A stretch of DNA of 64,000 nucleotides from Alphaproteobacteria bacterium GM202ARS2. GTDB lineage: Bacteria > Pseudomonadota > Alphaproteobacteria > GM7ARS4. The notes below the pieces were generated by a model that ran no database searches, was not told the DNA's origin, and saw only the letters and a list, made by a program, of their open reading frames with translations. The stretch is taken from assembly GCA_014323835.1 (NCBI GenBank), contig JACONH010000001.1, positions 91,009 to 155,008 on the forward strand, written 5' to 3'. Positions 1 through 13,173 of this stretch are shown piece after piece. Positions within the stretch are counted from its first letter, which is position 1; each line of letters starts with the position of its first letter. A program made the translations under genes and the position numbers.

Positions 1-348
1 TCCTGCTTCGCCTTCCTTACGTAACTGTCCGAGTGTCGGGCTCGATGCGACGAGCAATTGCATGATAATCGATGCCGAAATATACGGGATAATGTTAAGA
101 GCAAAAATCGTCATACGCCCGAGGGCACCGCCAGCAAACATATTGAACATGCCGAGTATACCGCCGGCATTTTGCTGAAAAATTTCCTCAAGAGCCCCAG
201 GATCGATACCCGGAATCGGAATATACGAGCCAATGCGATAAATAATCAGCGCACCAAGCGTAAACCACAAACGCTTCTTGAGCGTTTCCGCTTTTGCTAG
301 CACACCAAAGTTAACATTGGCGGCAAGACGCTCTGCCATAGAAGCCAT
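1..348 (-). CDS. secY: Preprotein translocase SecY, N-terminal part; gene continues beyond the window start
   Basis: Minus-strand translation from the ATG at 346-348 gives [52 protein letters not shown]..., a typical SecY N-terminus. Putative RBS GGGAGC upstream. Sits after rplO as in spc operons. Confidence 0.85.
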   Translation of the reverse strand, partial: MASMAERLAANVNFGVLAKAETLKKRLWFTLGALIIYRIGSYIPIPGIDPGALEEIFQQNAGGILGMFNMFAGGALGRMTIFALNIIPYISASIIMQLLVASSPTLGQLRKEGEAG

Positions 349-360
349 CGTGCATGCTCC

Positions 361-1047
361 CTAAGATTGATTATCCCCAGAAGGCTTTTCAGTGGACGCA
401 TCAGAAGACGGGTCAGATGGTGTTGGGGCATCTTCTGCCCCACCAGACTCAGATGCCCCAGATGCTTCCGCCTCAAGGGTCTTTTCAGGGGGCTTTTCTG
501 CCGTTGTTCCCGTCTCTTTATCCGTCTCTTGAGTATCTGTTTTTTCTGCCGTTTTTTTCTGCTGTGGGCGTGCTTTCTTTTTTTCGCTTGCCACCCGCAC
601 CGAGACTTTTCCTCCTGCTACTTCGATGGCTTTGACGACCTGACTGCTGGCAGAGGTGATATCGAGGGACAAGGGTGTGTCAATGGCACCACCGCCAATC
701 AAGCGGACACCATCATAGAGACGTTTGATGATGCCACTTTTGATAAGCATGTTCTCATTGATGGTGGTATCGGCTTTGAGTGCGCCTTTTTTGATAGCGT
801 GCGTGAGACGGGCGACTGTCAGCTCGTTATAGCGTTTTGCCCGGGGATTACGGAAGCCTCGTTTGGGCAGACGCATGAACAAAGGCATCTGTCCGCCTTC
901 GAATCCGTTGATGGCGACACCTTTGCGTGATTTTTGTCCTTTGACTCCTCGCCCGCACGTTTTTCCTTTGCCGCTTCCGCTGCCTCGTCCGACTCGCGTA
1001 GCGGCGACATGAGCCCCTCGATTGTCGCGTAGTTGGTTCAGTTTCAT
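361..1047 (-). CDS. rplO: 50S ribosomal protein L15 with ~80-aa acidic/ST-rich C-terminal extension
   Basis: Conserved L15 core (GRGxGSGKGKTxGRGxKGQ) and operon position. The 228-aa ORF is ~80 aa longer than the ~145-aa typical length. Confidence 0.9.
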   Translation of the reverse strand: MKLNQLRDNRGAHVAATRVGRGSGSGKGKTCGRGVKGQKSRKGVAINGFEGGQMPLFMRLPKRGFRNPRAKRYNELTVARLTHAIKKGALKADTTINENMLIKSGIIKRLYDGVRLIGGGAIDTPLSLDITSASSQVVKAIEVAGGKVSVRVASEKKKARPQQKKTAEKTDTQETDKETGTTAEKPPEKTLEAEASGASESGGAEDAPTPSDPSSDASTEKPSGDNQS

Positions 1048-1053
1048 GGCTCG

Positions 1054-1245
1054 TCAGGCGGGGTCTATACGCACGAGGTGGCGCACTTTGTTAATCATGC
1101 CGCGGATGGCGGGGTTGTCTTCATGAATACGACTCTTGCCGATACGAGTCAATCCTAAGCCAATCAACGTTGCTTGTTGGTCTTTGGGTCGGCGAATCGC
1201 ACTACGCACACGGGTTACTTTGATTTTGTCGGTCTTTGCCATCAT
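1054..1245 (-). CDS. rpmD: 50S ribosomal protein L30
   Basis: 63-aa ORF in the position between S5 and L15. Confidence 0.85.
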   Translation of the reverse strand: MMAKTDKIKVTRVRSAIRRPKDQQATLIGLGLTRIGKSRIHEDNPAIRGMINKVRHLVRIDPA

Positions 1246-1994
1246 GATGACTTACTCTCTTGAGCCTCTTGCTTTTTTGGTGGACGTTCTGGACGTTTTT
1301 TTTGTGTCGGCGGCGGTGCGAGTCTTTTTATATCGATTTTGCGTCTGGCAGCAACCAGTCTGGGCGAATGAGTCCGCTTGAGGGCTTGGAAGGTTGCTCG
1401 CACCATATTGTGTGGATTGGAAGAGCCTATGGACTTTGCTACGACATCCTCGACTCCCAAGACTTCGAAGACGGCACGCATGGGCCCGCCAGCAATGATG
1501 CCTGTGCCGCTCCGTGCCGAGCGTAACACAACCCGTCCCGAACCAAAGTGTCCGGTCACATCGTGGTAAATCGTCGTGCCATTACGCAAGGGCACATCAA
1601 TCATGCTCTTTTGTGCTTTTGCCAACGCCTTTCGAGTCGCTTCGCTGGTCTCTCGAGCCTTGCCCGTGCCGAAGCCGACTCGTCCGTTGCCGTTGCCTAC
1701 AACCACGAGCGTTGACACGCTGAATCGCCGTCCACCTTTGACCACCTTAGAGACTCGGTTGTTGGAAATTGTCCGCTCGAGGAGTTCGCTTTCTTCTTGT
1801 CCTGTGCTACTACGGCGCGCCCCACGCCGAGAAGCCGACCTGCTACGTCCTTTTCTTTTGTCGTCGCTGGTCGCTTCTGCACCGCGCGAGGCACCGCCAG
1901 CACCAGCCGTGCCACCGTTCCGAGACGTGCTTTTTTGCTCCTCTTGAGGCTGTACCTGTTCGGTCGTTGGGGTTTGTTTATCGTCTTTTGCCAT
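1242..1994 (-). CDS. rpsE: 30S ribosomal protein S5 with N-terminal (~70 aa) and C-terminal low-complexity extensions
   Basis: S5 core [14 protein letters not shown]...[14 protein letters not shown]...[13 protein letters not shown]. The 250-aa ORF is longer than the ~170-aa typical length. Confidence 0.9.
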   Translation of the reverse strand: MAKDDKQTPTTEQVQPQEEQKSTSRNGGTAGAGGASRGAEATSDDKRKGRSRSASRRGARRSSTGQEESELLERTISNNRVSKVVKGGRRFSVSTLVVVGNGNGRVGFGTGKARETSEATRKALAKAQKSMIDVPLRNGTTIYHDVTGHFGSGRVVLRSARSGTGIIAGGPMRAVFEVLGVEDVVAKSIGSSNPHNMVRATFQALKRTHSPRLVAARRKIDIKRLAPPPTQKKRPERPPKKQEAQESKSS

Positions 1995-2006
1995 GATTGA
2001 GTATCC

Positions 2007-2393
2007 TTAAAAAGACAAGCCCCCTTCTCGGGCAGCATCAGCAAGAGCCTTGATGCGTCCATGATAGGCAAAACTTCCCCGGTCGAGGATGACGGCTTGT
2101 ATGTTCTTTTCTTTTGCTCGGTTTGCCAGCAATTGTCCCACCTGTTGAGCAGCAGAAATGTTGCTTCCTGATGCTTTTTTGGAGGCTTTCTCGCCCCGTA
2201 GTGTTGTATCTAAACTGGATGCTGCAACGACTGTTTGAGCTTTTTTGTCGTCAATAATCTGTCCGTAAATATGCTGCTGCGAGCGGTGAATACACAGACG
2301 TAGGCGTCCGCTCCGCCGTGCTTGCGCGCGCATACGCTCGTGCTGACGACGTCGGCGGCGATGATCGGCATGTTCGTGAACGGCAAAACTCAT
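2007..2393 (-). CDS. rplR: 50S ribosomal protein L18; start may be an internal Met
   Basis: L18-like core ...[17 protein letters not shown]... and operon position. Confidence 0.8.
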   Translation of the reverse strand: MSFAVHEHADHRRRRRQHERMRAQARRSGRLRLCIHRSQQHIYGQIIDDKKAQTVVAASSLDTTLRGEKASKKASGSNISAAQQVGQLLANRAKEKNIQAVILDRGSFAYHGRIKALADAAREGGLSF

Positions 2394-2395
2394 GG

Positions 2396-2932
2396 CTATT
2401 TTTTCTTTTTTCCTTCCTTACGGAGAATGACCTCGTCCTGCAAGCGCACCCCCTTCCCTTTATAAGGCTCAGGCGGACGAAACGCACGTATTTCAGCAGC
2501 TACTTGCCCCAGTTTTTGACAGTCGTGCCCCTGCATGACAATTTGTGTTGGTTGCGGACATTTTGCTTGAATCCCTTCAGGTAAGCCATAAACAACTTCA
2601 TGGCTGTAGCCCAGTTGAAGAACAATATCGTTGCCTTTGACCTGTGCTCGATAGCCGACCCCCTCAATGAGCAAGGTTATCTGGAATCCCTCGCTGACAC
2701 CTTTGACCATGTTGGCAATGCGAGAGCGCGCTGTGCCCCATAGAGTGCGTGTTTGCCTCGAACTGTCTTGCGGTTGAATGATAATCTGCTTGTCTTTGTG
2801 CTCGATGGATAAGCCGTCAGGCACGGTAAATTGCATCTCGCCACCTTTGTCGGACACCTTCAGCGTTTTGTTCTGCAGGTCGACTTTTGTCGTGTCTGGG
2901 AGCATGATAGGGGTTTTGCCGATACGTGACAT
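2396..2932 (-). CDS. rplF: 50S ribosomal protein L6
   Basis: Starts MSRIGKTPI at the ATG 2930-2932, which abuts the S8 stop. The upstream part of the listed ORF runs into S8. Confidence 0.85.
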   Translation of the reverse strand: MSRIGKTPIMLPDTTKVDLQNKTLKVSDKGGEMQFTVPDGLSIEHKDKQIIIQPQDSSRQTRTLWGTARSRIANMVKGVSEGFQITLLIEGVGYRAQVKGNDIVLQLGYSHEVVYGLPEGIQAKCPQPTQIVMQGHDCQKLGQVAAEIRAFRPPEPYKGKGVRLQDEVILRKEGKKKK

Positions 2933-2933
2933 G

Positions 2934-3335
2934 TTAGAAGACCTGACAGATAATCTCGCCGCCGACGCCTTTTTTACGAGCATCGTGGTCAGAGAGAATC
3001 CCTTGTGATGTGGAGAGAATAGCAACGCCGAGTCCGCCATAGACTTTGCGCAAATCTTTAATTTTGGCATAGACTCGGCACCCCGGCGTCGATATACGCT
3101 TAATCTCTTGAATAACGCCCTGCTGTTTGTGATAGCGCAACTCTATCACAATCGTAGGTTTTTTAGGGTCGTCCTTCTTGTTGACAGTGTATGAGTCGAT
3201 GTAGCCCTCCTGCTTGAGAACATCGAGAATACGGCAACGCATCGTCGATGACGGGCATGACACGCTCTTTTTGTGAACGGCTTGCCCGTTACGAATACGG
3301 GTGAGCATATCGGCTATAGGATCGCTGATTGTCAT
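2934..3335 (-). CDS. rpsH: 30S ribosomal protein S8
   Basis: Starts MTISDPIADMLTRIRNG (S8 signature) at the ATG 3333-3335. The rest of the listed ORF upstream overlaps S14. Confidence 0.85.
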   Translation of the reverse strand: MTISDPIADMLTRIRNGQAVHKKSVSCPSSTMRCRILDVLKQEGYIDSYTVNKKDDPKKPTIVIELRYHKQQGVIQEIKRISTPGCRVYAKIKDLRKVYGGLGVAILSTSQGILSDHDARKKGVGGEIICQVF

Positions 3336-3339
3336 GATA

Positions 3340-3645
3340 TTACCAACTAGAGCGGACAGTGCCGGGAATTTCGCCAGTCGCAGCCAGCTCACGCAGAATG
3401 ATACGTGAAAGACCAAAATAGCGATAGACGCTACGTCCTCGCCCGGTGACGGCACAACGGTTGTGACAGCGTGTTTTTGACGAATCCCGCGGCAACAAGG
3501 CGAGTTTCTGGGCAATCTCGAAACGTTCCTCGACGCTGAGGGTTTTGTCATGCATTTTCTTTTGTAGAGCGAGGCGGCGTTTGCGATACTGCTTCACCAT
3601 GCGGCGGCGCCGTCGATCTCTTTCTACGATACTTTTCTTTGCCAT
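3340..3645 (-). CDS. rpsN: 30S ribosomal protein S14
   Basis: 101-aa MAKKSIVERD...RGEIPGVxxSSW, a typical S14. Confidence 0.9.
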   Translation of the reverse strand: MAKKSIVERDRRRRRMVKQYRKRRLALQKKMHDKTLSVEERFEIAQKLALLPRDSSKTRCHNRCAVTGRGRSVYRYFGLSRIILRELAATGEIPGTVRSSW

Positions 3646-3657
3646 GATTTGCCTCGT

Positions 3658-4212
3658 CTATTCGTCAAAAGGGAGCATAAATCCAGCCAAAAGAGCCTTA
3701 CTTTCGGCATCAGTGTTGGCTGTCGTAACAATCGTCACATCGAGCCCACGAATCTTGTCGGTCTTATCATAATCGATTTCAGGAAAAATGATATGCTCGC
3801 GTATCCCCAGAGAGTAGTTGCCCCGTCCATCGAATCCTTTGACGGATACGCCATGAAAGTCTCGTACCCGTGGTAAAGCAATGGTAATCAGGCGATCAAG
3901 GAATTCATACATGCGTTTGCCACGTAAGGTGACCTTACAGCCGATAGCCATGCCTTCGCGCAGTTTGAAGCTGGCAACCGACTTGCGTGCCCGTGTTGTT
4001 GCGGCTTTTTGTCCACTGATAGCCGCCAAATCCTTGAGAGCAGACATAATATGTTTTTTGTCGTCTCGCGCTTCGCCAACACCCATGTTCAGGGTTATCT
4101 TGCTCAGGCGCGGGACACTCATGACGTGCCCATACTTGAAGGTGTCCATCATTTGTGGCACCAATTTTTTGCTGTAATGCTCTTGTAAGCGAGGAAGAGT
4201 CGACATAATCAA
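3658..4212 (-). CDS. rplE: 50S ribosomal protein L5
   Basis: 184 aa; L5 motifs and operon position. Confidence 0.9.
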   Translation of the reverse strand: MIMSTLPRLQEHYSKKLVPQMMDTFKYGHVMSVPRLSKITLNMGVGEARDDKKHIMSALKDLAAISGQKAATTRARKSVASFKLREGMAIGCKVTLRGKRMYEFLDRLITIALPRVRDFHGVSVKGFDGRGNYSLGIREHIIFPEIDYDKTDKIRGLDVTIVTTANTDAESKALLAGFMLPFDE

Positions 4213-4550
4213 TCCATAACCTCCTTCGATGATTTGGCATAGCGCAGTTTTTGCCCCTGCTGGTTAAAACGATAGCCAACGCGAGTCGGCTTGTTGTTTT
4301 TAGGATCAACAAGAGCAATGTTAGAGCGATGAATCGAAGCCTCCTTCTCATCGATGCCCCCCGGCGTGTCAACCGCAGGCTTGTTGTGACGCTTGACCAT
4401 CTGGACTCCCTGCACGAAGACGCGGTTTTCTTTCGGCATGACTCGTAAGACCTCGCCAATTTTGCCACGATCCTTGCCACTGATAACAATGACTCGGTCG
4501 CCCTTTTTAATGGACATTTTGCCACTGGTATGACTCGACAGCTTTGCCAT
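4209..4550 (-). CDS. rplX: 50S ribosomal protein L24
   Basis: KOW-containing 113-aa protein ([17 protein letters not shown]). Confidence 0.9.
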   Translation of the reverse strand: MAKLSSHTSGKMSIKKGDRVIVISGKDRGKIGEVLRVMPKENRVFVQGVQMVKRHNKPAVDTPGGIDEKEASIHRSNIALVDPKNNKPTRVGYRFNQQGQKLRYAKSSKEVMD

Positions 4551-4551
4551 A

Positions 4552-4920
4552 TCACAACACCTCAGGGGCTAGGGAAATAATTTTCATATAGTTGCGGGTG
4601 CGTAATTCTCGAGTCACGGGACCAAAAATACGCGTGCCAATGGGCTCGCCCTGATTATTAATCAAGACCGCAGCATTCCTGTCGAATCGAATAGACGTGC
4701 CGTCCATGCGGTGAACCTCTTTTGCGGTGCGGACAATAACAGCTCTGTGGACTTCTCCTTTTTTGACTCGAGCGCGAGGAATGGCACTTTTGACGGAAAC
4801 AATGATGACATCGCCAATATGCGCGCTGCGCCGCTTAGCACCGCCCAGCACCTTAATACATTGAACCAGACGAGCACCCGAATTGTCGGCAACAAAAAGA
4901 TTTGTCTGCATCTGAATCAT
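4552..4920 (-). CDS. rplN: 50S ribosomal protein L14
   Basis: [17 protein letters not shown], a canonical L14 start; 122 aa. Confidence 0.95.
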   Translation of the reverse strand: MIQMQTNLFVADNSGARLVQCIKVLGGAKRRSAHIGDVIIVSVKSAIPRARVKKGEVHRAVIVRTAKEVHRMDGTSIRFDRNAAVLINNQGEPIGTRIFGPVTRELRTRNYMKIISLAPEVL

Positions 4921-5159
4921 GAGCCCGACACCTTGCTAATAACCTTAAAACGCTTGCTCTTCGACAACGGCGCACATTCACGAATCACAACAACATCACC
5001 AACATGATGCTCGTTGTTCTCGTCATGAGCAGAAAACTTTTTCCGCCTACGTATGTATTTCTTATAAAGCGCGTGCTTGACCTGGCGCTCAATCAACACG
5101 GTAACCGTCTTGTCACAGGAGTCGCTAACAACAGTGCCTTGCATTGTTCTTGCTGGCAT
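4917..5159 (-). CDS. rpsQ: 30S ribosomal protein S17
   Basis: 80 aa; position and sequence. Confidence 0.9.
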   Translation of the reverse strand: MPARTMQGTVVSDSCDKTVTVLIERQVKHALYKKYIRRRKKFSAHDENNEHHVGDVVVIRECAPLSKSKRFKVISKVSGS

Positions 5160-5162
5160 GGC

Positions 5163-5408
5163 TTAAATCTCCTTTTTTGGGCTATCTGCTGGCGCAGAGG
5201 CAGTTTGTTTGTCTTTGCCCCGTTTGCGCTGATGCAGAATGGTTAGGGCTCTTGCATAAGCGCGCCTGTTTTTGCGCAGCTGAGCGGTATTATCCAGCTG
5301 GGCTGTGGTGCGACTAAACCGCATCGTCAACGTCTCGCTGGCAAGCGTTTTCAACATAGAGACCAGCTCGTCCTGAGTCATGTTTCTCATTTCTTCTGCC
5401 TTTTTCAT
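5163..5408 (-). CDS. rpmC: 50S ribosomal protein L29
   Basis: 81 aa, between L16 and S17. Confidence 0.85.
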   Translation of the reverse strand: MKKAEEMRNMTQDELVSMLKTLASETLTMRFSRTTAQLDNTAQLRKNRRAYARALTILHQRKRGKDKQTASAPADSPKKEI

Positions 5409-5830
5409 GAGGAATCTCCTATGCGTTTGACCAGCCGCGCCTTCAAAGGCAGTTTTGCCGTTGCCAACTCAAAGGCGCGTGCCGCCAACGCTTGCGGCAC
5501 ACCATCTAACTCGAACAAAATGCGCCCCGGTTTGACCCGACAAATCCAGTACTCAACGGGGCCCTTACCCTTGCCCTGCCGCGCCTCCGCGGGCTTCTGA
5601 CTAACAGGGACATCCGGAAAAATACGTATCCACATCTTGCCACTACGCTTCAGGTGACGAGTCATCGCACGGCGCGCTGCCTCAATTTGACGAGACGTAA
5701 CCCGAGCAGCATCCAGCGATTTTAAGCCGTAAGCACCAAAATGCAAGCGATAACCACCCTTGCTCTTGCCACGAATACGACCCTTATGAGCCTTACGATA
5801 TTTCGGACGACTAGGTAGTAACATCATCAC
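5405..5830 (-). CDS. rplP: 50S ribosomal protein L16
   Basis: [16 protein letters not shown], a canonical L16 start. Confidence 0.95.
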   Translation of the reverse strand: MMMLLPSRPKYRKAHKGRIRGKSKGGYRLHFGAYGLKSLDAARVTSRQIEAARRAMTRHLKRSGKMWIRIFPDVPVSQKPAEARQGKGKGPVEYWICRVKPGRILFELDGVPQALAARAFELATAKLPLKARLVKRIGDSS

Positions 5831-6786
5831 GTCTCCTTCTTAGCTGCTGTGCGAGACTTTTTGCTCGTTGCCTTAGGAGTTCCTTGAGCTGTCGCCTTTT
5901 CGGGGGCTTTTTTACTTGCAGTTTTGCTCTTGGTCGCTTTTTTTGCTTCTGCCTTATCGGCACCGCTGTCCTTGGCCGATGCTGGAGTCGCTTTGCTGTC
6001 GGAGGCTTCGCTATCTGCTGTTTTGCTGTCTTCTGTCTTGCTTGTGGTTTCGTTGCCTTCAGCCCTACTGTCTTCAGCCTTAGAGCTTGTTGTTTCGCTA
6101 TTTGCGGTGCTACTACTTTTTTGGTTACGCATGATTCGTCGTTCTTGTGCCATAGAGTCATGTTCGTAAATGTCGCCATGGTAGACCCAGACTTTGACTC
6201 CGCACGTGCCGTATGTGGTATGGGCGACGGCTGTGCCATAATCGATATCGGCACGCAAGGTATGCAGTGGCACTTGTCCATAGCGGAAGGCTTCGGTGCG
6301 AGCAATTTCTGCCCCGCCCAGTCGTCCGCCAACATGAATACGGATTCCTTTGACGCCCATGCGTTCTGCTGCTTGCATGGCTCTTTTGACAGCACGGCGG
6401 AAGGCAACCCGACGCTCCAGCTGATGGGCTATATTGTCAGCAATCAAGTGCGCATCAATCTCGGGTTTGCGGACATCCTTAATATCTAGGGCAAGATTGC
6501 CTTGTGATATGGCTCGTATGGTTTTGCGCAGCTTCTCGATATCAGCCCCTTTTTTACCAATGACGACCCCAGGGCGCGCCGCAAGAATGGTCACACGCAC
6601 ATCTTCGGCTTTGCGTTCAATCAAAACACGACTTAAGCCCGCTTGCTGCAGACGCTTTTTGAGAAAATGGCGGATTTTAATGTCCTCGCGCAGGAACTGC
6701 GCGTACTTGCGATACGCATACCAGCGAGAATCCCACGTACGGTTGATTCCTAGCCGAAAACCAATCGGGTTAGTTTTTTGTCCCAC
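5827..6786 (-). CDS. rpsC: 30S ribosomal protein S3 with ~90-aa Ser/Thr/Lys/Ala-rich C-terminal tail
   Basis: [13 protein letters not shown] start and KH/S3-C core. 319 aa versus ~230 aa typical. Confidence 0.9.
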   Translation of the reverse strand: MGQKTNPIGFRLGINRTWDSRWYAYRKYAQFLREDIKIRHFLKKRLQQAGLSRVLIERKAEDVRVTILAARPGVVIGKKGADIEKLRKTIRAISQGNLALDIKDVRKPEIDAHLIADNIAHQLERRVAFRRAVKRAMQAAERMGVKGIRIHVGGRLGGAEIARTEAFRYGQVPLHTLRADIDYGTAVAHTTYGTCGVKVWVYHGDIYEHDSMAQERRIMRNQKSSSTANSETTSSKAEDSRAEGNETTSKTEDSKTADSEASDSKATPASAKDSGADKAEAKKATKSKTASKKAPEKATAQGTPKATSKKSRTAAKKET

Positions 6787-7201
6787 GACGCGCCTCCGTT
6801 GTCTTTTTGCCTGTCTCCGTCATGCGCTCACGCACGACCACCGATATGTTCGAGAAAAAACGTCTATAACGTCCCAACCGTCCCCGTGCTCGGGCACGCC
6901 ACCGTTTCATAACAATAGACTTGCCCACCTCGACCCGTGCCACATACAACGAATCCACGTCCAACTGGTGATTATTTTCGGCATTAGCAATAGCCGATTC
7001 GAGCACTTTACTGACATCCTGTGCGATGCGACGACGAGAAAACGTAAGCCTCTGTAGCGCGTCATCCACATCGCGCCCCCGTATCAGTTGCGCAACAAGA
7101 GCCAACTTGCGCGGCGAGACCTTCAGCGTCCGAGCCTTAGCCATGGCTTCGCTTTCTTGGCGTAAATCTTTGCGGGGAGAGGGCGTGACTTTTTTACTCA
7201 T
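6770..7201 (-). CDS. rplV: 50S ribosomal protein L22
   Basis: L22 core and position. A possible internal start (MAKARTLK) would shorten the N-terminus. Confidence 0.85.
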   Translation of the reverse strand: MSKKVTPSPRKDLRQESEAMAKARTLKVSPRKLALVAQLIRGRDVDDALQRLTFSRRRIAQDVSKVLESAIANAENNHQLDVDSLYVARVEVGKSIVMKRWRARARGRLGRYRRFFSNISVVVRERMTETGKKTTEARRGTKN

Positions 7202-7213
7202 GATGAAGGTATC

Positions 7214-7486
7214 CTATTTTTTCTTGCCACCAGCATGGCCGTGGAATGTGCGAGTCGGCGAGAACTCTCCCAGTTTATGCCCGACCATGTTTTCGGTTAC
7301 ATTCACCGGGATGTGTTTGCGGCCATTATGGACTCCGAACGTCAAGCCGACAAACGTTGGCAGAATGGTCGAACGGCGAGACCACGTTTTGATAACTGTG
7401 CGTCTTGTGCCTTCTTTGAGGGCTTTGTCTACTTTTTTGAGCAGTTTAGGGTCTACAAAGGGGCCTTTCCATACTGAGCGTGCCAT
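7214..7486 (-). CDS. rpsS: 30S ribosomal protein S19
   Basis: [12 protein letters not shown], canonical. Confidence 0.95.
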   Translation of the reverse strand: MARSVWKGPFVDPKLLKKVDKALKEGTRRTVIKTWSRRSTILPTFVGLTFGVHNGRKHIPVNVTENMVGHKLGEFSPTRTFHGHAGGKKK

Positions 7487-7488
7487 GT

Positions 7489-8319
7489 TTACGAGCCCTT
7501 CCTGCGTCTGAGGATGAATTTACTCGAGGCTTTATTGCGTCTTGTGCGTTTGCCTTTTGTGGGCTTTCCCCATGGTGTCACCGGGTGTCTTCCGCCTGAG
7601 GTTTTTCCTTCGCCGCCACCGTGGGGGTGGTCTACGGGGTTCATGGCGACTCCTCGGACGACGGGTCGTCTGCCGAGCCATCTTTTTCGTCCTGCTTTGC
7701 CAATTTTAATATTTTTTCTATCGGGATTCGACAAGCTGCCGATGGTCGCCATACAGCGTCCCAAGATAAGGCGCACTTCTCCTGACGGGAGACGTACCAT
7801 GACGTAGCCGGCATCTCGTCCGGTGACCTGTGCGCTGTTGCCTGCGGAGCGCACCAGCTGCCCGCCTTTGCCCGGCTTCATTTCAATATTATGAATGGCT
7901 GTGCCCAAGGGAATCTTCGATAGAGGCATACAGCACCCCGGGGCAATAGGCACATCCTCGTTTCCTGCTCGCACCTTTGCCCCGACTTTAAGGTCGTGGG
8001 GGGCAAGAATATAGGCACGTTGCTCGTCCGCATAACGAATAAGAGCAATAAACGCACTGCGATTGGGGTCATATTCGATACGCTCGACAACCGCATCCTG
8101 ATCGACAATCTGACGCTTAAAGTCAATAAGCCGATAGCGACGCTTATGGCCACCGCCACGATGATACGAGGTAATACGGCCGTTGTTATTACGACCACCA
8201 CTAGACGATGTGCCCCGAGTCAGAGGGCCATGCGGCTTGCCTTTCCACAAAGTGGTGCGGTCAATCGAAACAAGACCACGTAGGGACGGCGTTGTCGGAC
8301 GGTAGGTAATCGTTGCCAT
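7489..8319 (-). CDS. rplB: 50S ribosomal protein L2
   Basis: 276 aa with L2 signature. Confidence 0.95.
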   Translation of the reverse strand: MATITYRPTTPSLRGLVSIDRTTLWKGKPHGPLTRGTSSSGGRNNNGRITSYHRGGGHKRRYRLIDFKRQIVDQDAVVERIEYDPNRSAFIALIRYADEQRAYILAPHDLKVGAKVRAGNEDVPIAPGCCMPLSKIPLGTAIHNIEMKPGKGGQLVRSAGNSAQVTGRDAGYVMVRLPSGEVRLILGRCMATIGSLSNPDRKNIKIGKAGRKRWLGRRPVVRGVAMNPVDHPHGGGEGKTSGGRHPVTPWGKPTKGKRTRRNKASSKFILRRRKGS

Positions 8320-8321
8320 GG

Positions 8322-8690
8322 CTATTTCAACTCAATTTTAGCGGTTAAGTCGATGGACTGCCCTTTTTTCAGCGTGACAATCGCTTTTTTGTAATCTGAC
8401 CGCCTGCCCATGATGTTGCGGAAACGCTTACGCTTGCCCTTCATCACCAGCGTATTGACCTTATTGACGGTCACGCCAAACAGCGACTCGACAGCAGCAC
8501 GTATGGCGCGCTTGTTGGCATCCATGGCGACCTTGAAGATGACCTGCCCATGCTCGTTACACGCGGTGGCTTTCTCGGTAATCACCGGCGAACGTATCAC
8601 AGTCGCATAACGCAAAAGAGCAACATCACTTGCTTTCTTTTTCTGCGCTTTGCTTTTGCTTTTTGTTTTTCTACCGCCCAGAAGACTCAT
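8322..8690 (-). CDS. rplW: 50S ribosomal protein L23 with basic N-terminal extension
   Basis: 122 aa with an L23 core. Confidence 0.85.
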   Translation of the reverse strand: MSLLGGRKTKSKSKAQKKKASDVALLRYATVIRSPVITEKATACNEHGQVIFKVAMDANKRAIRAAVESLFGVTVNKVNTLVMKGKRKRFRNIMGRRSDYKKAIVTLKKGQSIDLTAKIELK

Positions 8691-9307
8691 GTTAACGTTT
8701 CCTCGATGGTTTTGACGCTGTCTTTGATAATGACCAGTGTCTCTCGCCGCATGATATCATAAACGTTGAGCCCTTGCCGAGGCAAGACATCGACGTGCGG
8801 TAAATTGCGTGCTGCTTTTGATACATGGTCATCGATGGTATCGCCGCCGATGATTAACGCCGAGTCAATCTGGCAAGCGCGCAGACGCTGTGCGAGCAAC
8901 GTCGTTTTTGGTTGGTCAAGGGCGAGCGTATCCCAAATAATCATCTTTTTTTCCTGACATCGTAAAGACAGAGCCATTTTCAAGGCGAGTCTACGAAAGC
9001 GTCGTGTCAAATCATGGGCATAAGAACGTGGACGGGGCCCAAAGGCTTTGCTTCCGCCTCGAAAATGCGGCGCATTGATGCTCCCTTGGCGGGCTCTGCC
9101 CGTGCCTTTTTGTCGCCACGGCTTCTTTTTGCCCCCACGTATCTCGCCTCTTGTCTTGGCAAAATGCGTGCCCTGTCGTCTCTTCGCCAACTGCCAGCGC
9201 ACCATACGCGCCAAAACATCACGGCGCGGCTGCAACGCAAATATAGCATCACTGACATCCAGCATGCCAACATCAGTATTCTCCATCGTTTTTATCGGCA
9301 GCTGCAT
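8687..9307 (-). CDS. rplD: 50S ribosomal protein L4
   Basis: Real start is probably MQLPIKT at the ATG 9305-9307, 5 bp downstream of the L3 stop. The listed ORF extends upstream into L3. Confidence 0.85.
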   Translation of the reverse strand: MQLPIKTMENTDVGMLDVSDAIFALQPRRDVLARMVRWQLAKRRQGTHFAKTRGEIRGGKKKPWRQKGTGRARQGSINAPHFRGGSKAFGPRPRSYAHDLTRRFRRLALKMALSLRCQEKKMIIWDTLALDQPKTTLLAQRLRACQIDSALIIGGDTIDDHVSKAARNLPHVDVLPRQGLNVYDIMRRETLVIIKDSVKTIEETLT

Positions 9308-9311
9308 CGCC

Positions 9312-10241
<930 letters not shown>

Positions 10242-10252
10242 CGTCTTTCACC

Positions 10253-10561
10253 TTACATTTGAATTTCCACATCGACCCCAGATGCCAAATCTAACTTCAT
10301 AAGGGCATCTGTCGTCTGAGGAGTCGGATCCACAATATCAAGAAGACGCTTATGGGTGCGAATTTCCAACTGGTCTCTCGATTTCTTATGCACGTGCGGC
10401 GAGCGAGTCAAAGTAAACTTGCGGATACGAGTCGGCAACGGAATGGGCCCCCGCACCTTCGCACCCGTTCGGCGAGCCGTCCTGACAATCTCGACGACCG
10501 CACCGTCTAGAGTGCGATGGTCAAAAGACTTCAAGTGAATACGTATATGTTCTCGTTTCAT
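10253..10561 (-). CDS. rpsJ: 30S ribosomal protein S10
   Basis: 102 aa; [14 protein letters not shown] matches the S10 signature. Confidence 0.95.
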   Translation of the reverse strand: MKREHIRIHLKSFDHRTLDGAVVEIVRTARRTGAKVRGPIPLPTRIRKFTLTRSPHVHKKSRDQLEIRTHKRLLDIVDPTPQTTDALMKLDLASGVDVEIQM

Positions 10562-10576
10562 CGTCCCGTATCCTTA

Positions 10577-12655
10577 TTAACCTGTCGCCTGCTTACAGAT
10601 TTCTTCCGAGACATGTTGCGGCACCGCTTCATAGTTAGAAAAAATCATGCTGTAGCTGGCACGCCCTTGACTCAAGGAGCGTAAATTGTTGACATAGCCG
10701 AACATGCTTGCGAGAGGCACTTTCGCTCGGACGACTTGTGCGACTCCTTGGCTCTCCATGCCGAGAATTTGCCCTCTGCGACTGTTGAGGTCACCAATGA
10801 CATCGCCCATGTATTCTTCTGGGGTTACGACTTCGACGCTCATCAAAGGTTCGAGAAGAGTCGGTGCTGCCGTTTTAATGCCTTCACGGAAAGCCGCCCG
10901 AGCAGCAATCTCAAAAGCCAGAACGCTGGAGTCCACATCGTGGAAGTCGCCATCGGTCAACACAGCCTTGAAGTCAATCATGGGATAGCCTGCGATAACG
11001 CCATTTTCCATAGCAGAGCGCAGACCTTTTTCGACGCCGGGGATATACTCTTTTGGTACGCGTCCTCCGACAATCTTGCTTTCGAAGTGGAATCCTTCTC
11101 CCGGCTCTGTTGGCTCGAAATCGAGAATAATACGAGCATACTGCCCAGCTCCGCCCGTCTGCTTTTTATGCGTGTGGTCGATGGTCGTCTTTTTCGTGAT
11201 GGTCTCTCGATAGGCGACCTGCGGCGCGCCCACGTTGGCTTCCACCTTGAATTCCCGTTTCATGCGGTCAACCAGAATCTCCAGATGTAACTCGCCCATC
11301 CCCTTAATGACGGTTTGTCCGCTCTCGTGGTCACTGGCAACTTGAAAAGAAGGATCTTCTTGTGCCAGACGCTGTAAGGCAAGAGCCATTTTCTCTTGGT
11401 CGCTCTTACTGGCAGGCTCCACCGCCACTTCAATAACCGGGGCAGGAAACTCCATGCGTTCAAGAATAATCGGGCTATCCACCGTGCACAGCGTATCGCC
11501 TGTGGTCAAAGACTTCAAACCCGCCAGTGCAACAATATCGCCGGCATAAGCATCCTTAATATCCTCACGGCTATTGGCGTGCATCTGGAGCATGCGACCA
11601 ATACGCTCCTTCTTGTCCTTCACCGAATTGGTCACCGTCGCCCCGCTCGACAAGCTCCCGCTATAAATACGGCAAAATGTCAATGAGCCAACAAAGGGGT
11701 CAGTGACAATCTTAAAGGCAAGCGCCGAAAAAGGTGCTGTATCCGTGCTTTCTCGCGTGGCTTCTTTTTCATCGCGCGGGGTAATGCCTTTAACGGCAGG
11801 AACATCTTGTGGCGAAGGTAGGTAGTCAATGACCGCATCAAGCATCGGCTGCACCCCCTTATTCTTAAAGGCAGAGCCACACAAAACCGGCACAAATTGC
11901 GATGCCAAAGTGCCTTTGCGGATACATTGCCGTAGGGTGTCGTCATTCGGCATTGTGCCTTCGAAATAGGCTTCCATGGCTTTGTCGTCCTGCTCGACGG
12001 CGGCTTCCACCAGCTGTTCGCGCCATTTTTTGGCTTCATCCATCATCGCCGGGTCAATATCTTTTTCTTCGAAGGATTGTCCGAGGTCGTCTCCTTTCCA
12101 AATAATGGCTTTCATTTTGACGAGGTCCACAATGCCGACAAAGTCGCTTTCTGCCCCAATAGGCAGATGCAGGACAAGAGGGCGCGCACCAAGACGGCTT
12201 TTCATCATGTCGATGCAACGAAAATAGTCCGCGCCTGTTCTATCCATCTTATTGACAAAGCACATGCGCGGCACGTTGTATTTATCGGCTTGTCGCCAGA
12301 CTGTTTCCGATTGCGGCTCGACGCCAGCAACGCTGTCGAACACACAAATAGCCCCATCCAGCACTCGCAAACTGCGTTCTACCTCGATGGTAAAATCAAC
12401 GTGCCCCGGCGTATCAATAATGTTAATACGATGATCGCGCCAAAAACATGTGGTCGCCGCCGACGTTATGGTGATGCCGCGCTCTTGTTCTTGTGCCATC
12501 CAGTCCATTGTCGCCGCCCCATCATGCACTTCGCCTATCTTGTGCGACCGCCCCGTATAGTACAGCACGCGCTCTGTGGTCGTCGTCTTGCCAGCATCGA
12601 TGTGTGCCATAATACCAATGTTACGGTAATGCTTCAGCTCAGTTTTACGTGTCAT
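10577..12655 (-). CDS. fusA: Elongation factor G
   Basis: 692 aa; [23 protein letters not shown] and EF-G domains. Confidence 0.97.
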   Translation of the reverse strand: MTRKTELKHYRNIGIMAHIDAGKTTTTERVLYYTGRSHKIGEVHDGAATMDWMAQEQERGITITSAATTCFWRDHRINIIDTPGHVDFTIEVERSLRVLDGAICVFDSVAGVEPQSETVWRQADKYNVPRMCFVNKMDRTGADYFRCIDMMKSRLGARPLVLHLPIGAESDFVGIVDLVKMKAIIWKGDDLGQSFEEKDIDPAMMDEAKKWREQLVEAAVEQDDKAMEAYFEGTMPNDDTLRQCIRKGTLASQFVPVLCGSAFKNKGVQPMLDAVIDYLPSPQDVPAVKGITPRDEKEATRESTDTAPFSALAFKIVTDPFVGSLTFCRIYSGSLSSGATVTNSVKDKKERIGRMLQMHANSREDIKDAYAGDIVALAGLKSLTTGDTLCTVDSPIILERMEFPAPVIEVAVEPASKSDQEKMALALQRLAQEDPSFQVASDHESGQTVIKGMGELHLEILVDRMKREFKVEANVGAPQVAYRETITKKTTIDHTHKKQTGGAGQYARIILDFEPTEPGEGFHFESKIVGGRVPKEYIPGVEKGLRSAMENGVIAGYPMIDFKAVLTDGDFHDVDSSVLAFEIAARAAFREGIKTAAPTLLEPLMSVEVVTPEEYMGDVIGDLNSRRGQILGMESQGVAQVVRAKVPLASMFGYVNNLRSLSQGRASYSMIFSNYEAVPQHVSEEICKQATG

Positions 12656-12670
12656 TTTTAACCCCTCCTG

Positions 12671-13144
12671 CTACCAGCGATAATGCGAGAAAGCCCGATT
12701 GGCTTCCGCCATGCGGTGCGTATCTTCTTTTTTCTTTAAGGCATTACCTTTGCCCTGGGACGCATCCAAAAGCTCTCGACTGAGGCGCTTTGCCATGCTC
12801 TTTTCGCTACGTGCTGACGCTGCCGTAATGAGCCAGCGCATCGCTAAAGCTTGGGCACGCTCTTCTCGTACCTCCATGGGAACTTGATAGGTCGCCCCGC
12901 CAACCCGCCGCGAGCGCACCTCAATATCAGGCTGAATGTTCGCAACCGCCTCGTGAAAGACCTCAAGAGCAGATACGCCCTTGTTTGTCCGTTCAATGTC
13001 ATCCAAAGCACCATAAAGAATATGCTCCGCGACCGACTTTTTGCCGTCCTGCATCAACTTGTTCATAAAACGCGAGACAATCTTGTCGCCATAACGGGCA
13101 TCCGCTATCACATCGCGCTTGGTCGCTGCTCTACGTCTGGACAT
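12671..13144 (-). CDS. rpsG: 30S ribosomal protein S7
   Basis: 157 aa S7. Confidence 0.95.
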   Translation of the reverse strand: MSRRRAATKRDVIADARYGDKIVSRFMNKLMQDGKKSVAEHILYGALDDIERTNKGVSALEVFHEAVANIQPDIEVRSRRVGGATYQVPMEVREERAQALAMRWLITAASARSEKSMAKRLSRELLDASQGKGNALKKKEDTHRMAEANRAFSHYRW

Positions 13145-13173
13145 GGTTCATTTCCTCACTCGAGCACAATCAA

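Noticed and set aside
367-930. 187-aa plus-strand ORF antisense to rplO, and 1576-1947 / 1697-2071 ORFs across rpsE
   Set aside because: They are antisense or out of frame to conserved r-protein genes. Their Cys/Arg-rich or Pro-rich nonsense translations are artefacts of the low-complexity tail codons.
5811-6407. 198-aa minus-strand ORF overlapping the S3 tail region, and the 201-aa plus-strand ORF at 5884-6489
   Set aside because: They are out of frame with, or antisense to, rpsC. They are driven by the repetitive GC-rich codons of the low-complexity tail, and they have no independent start signals.
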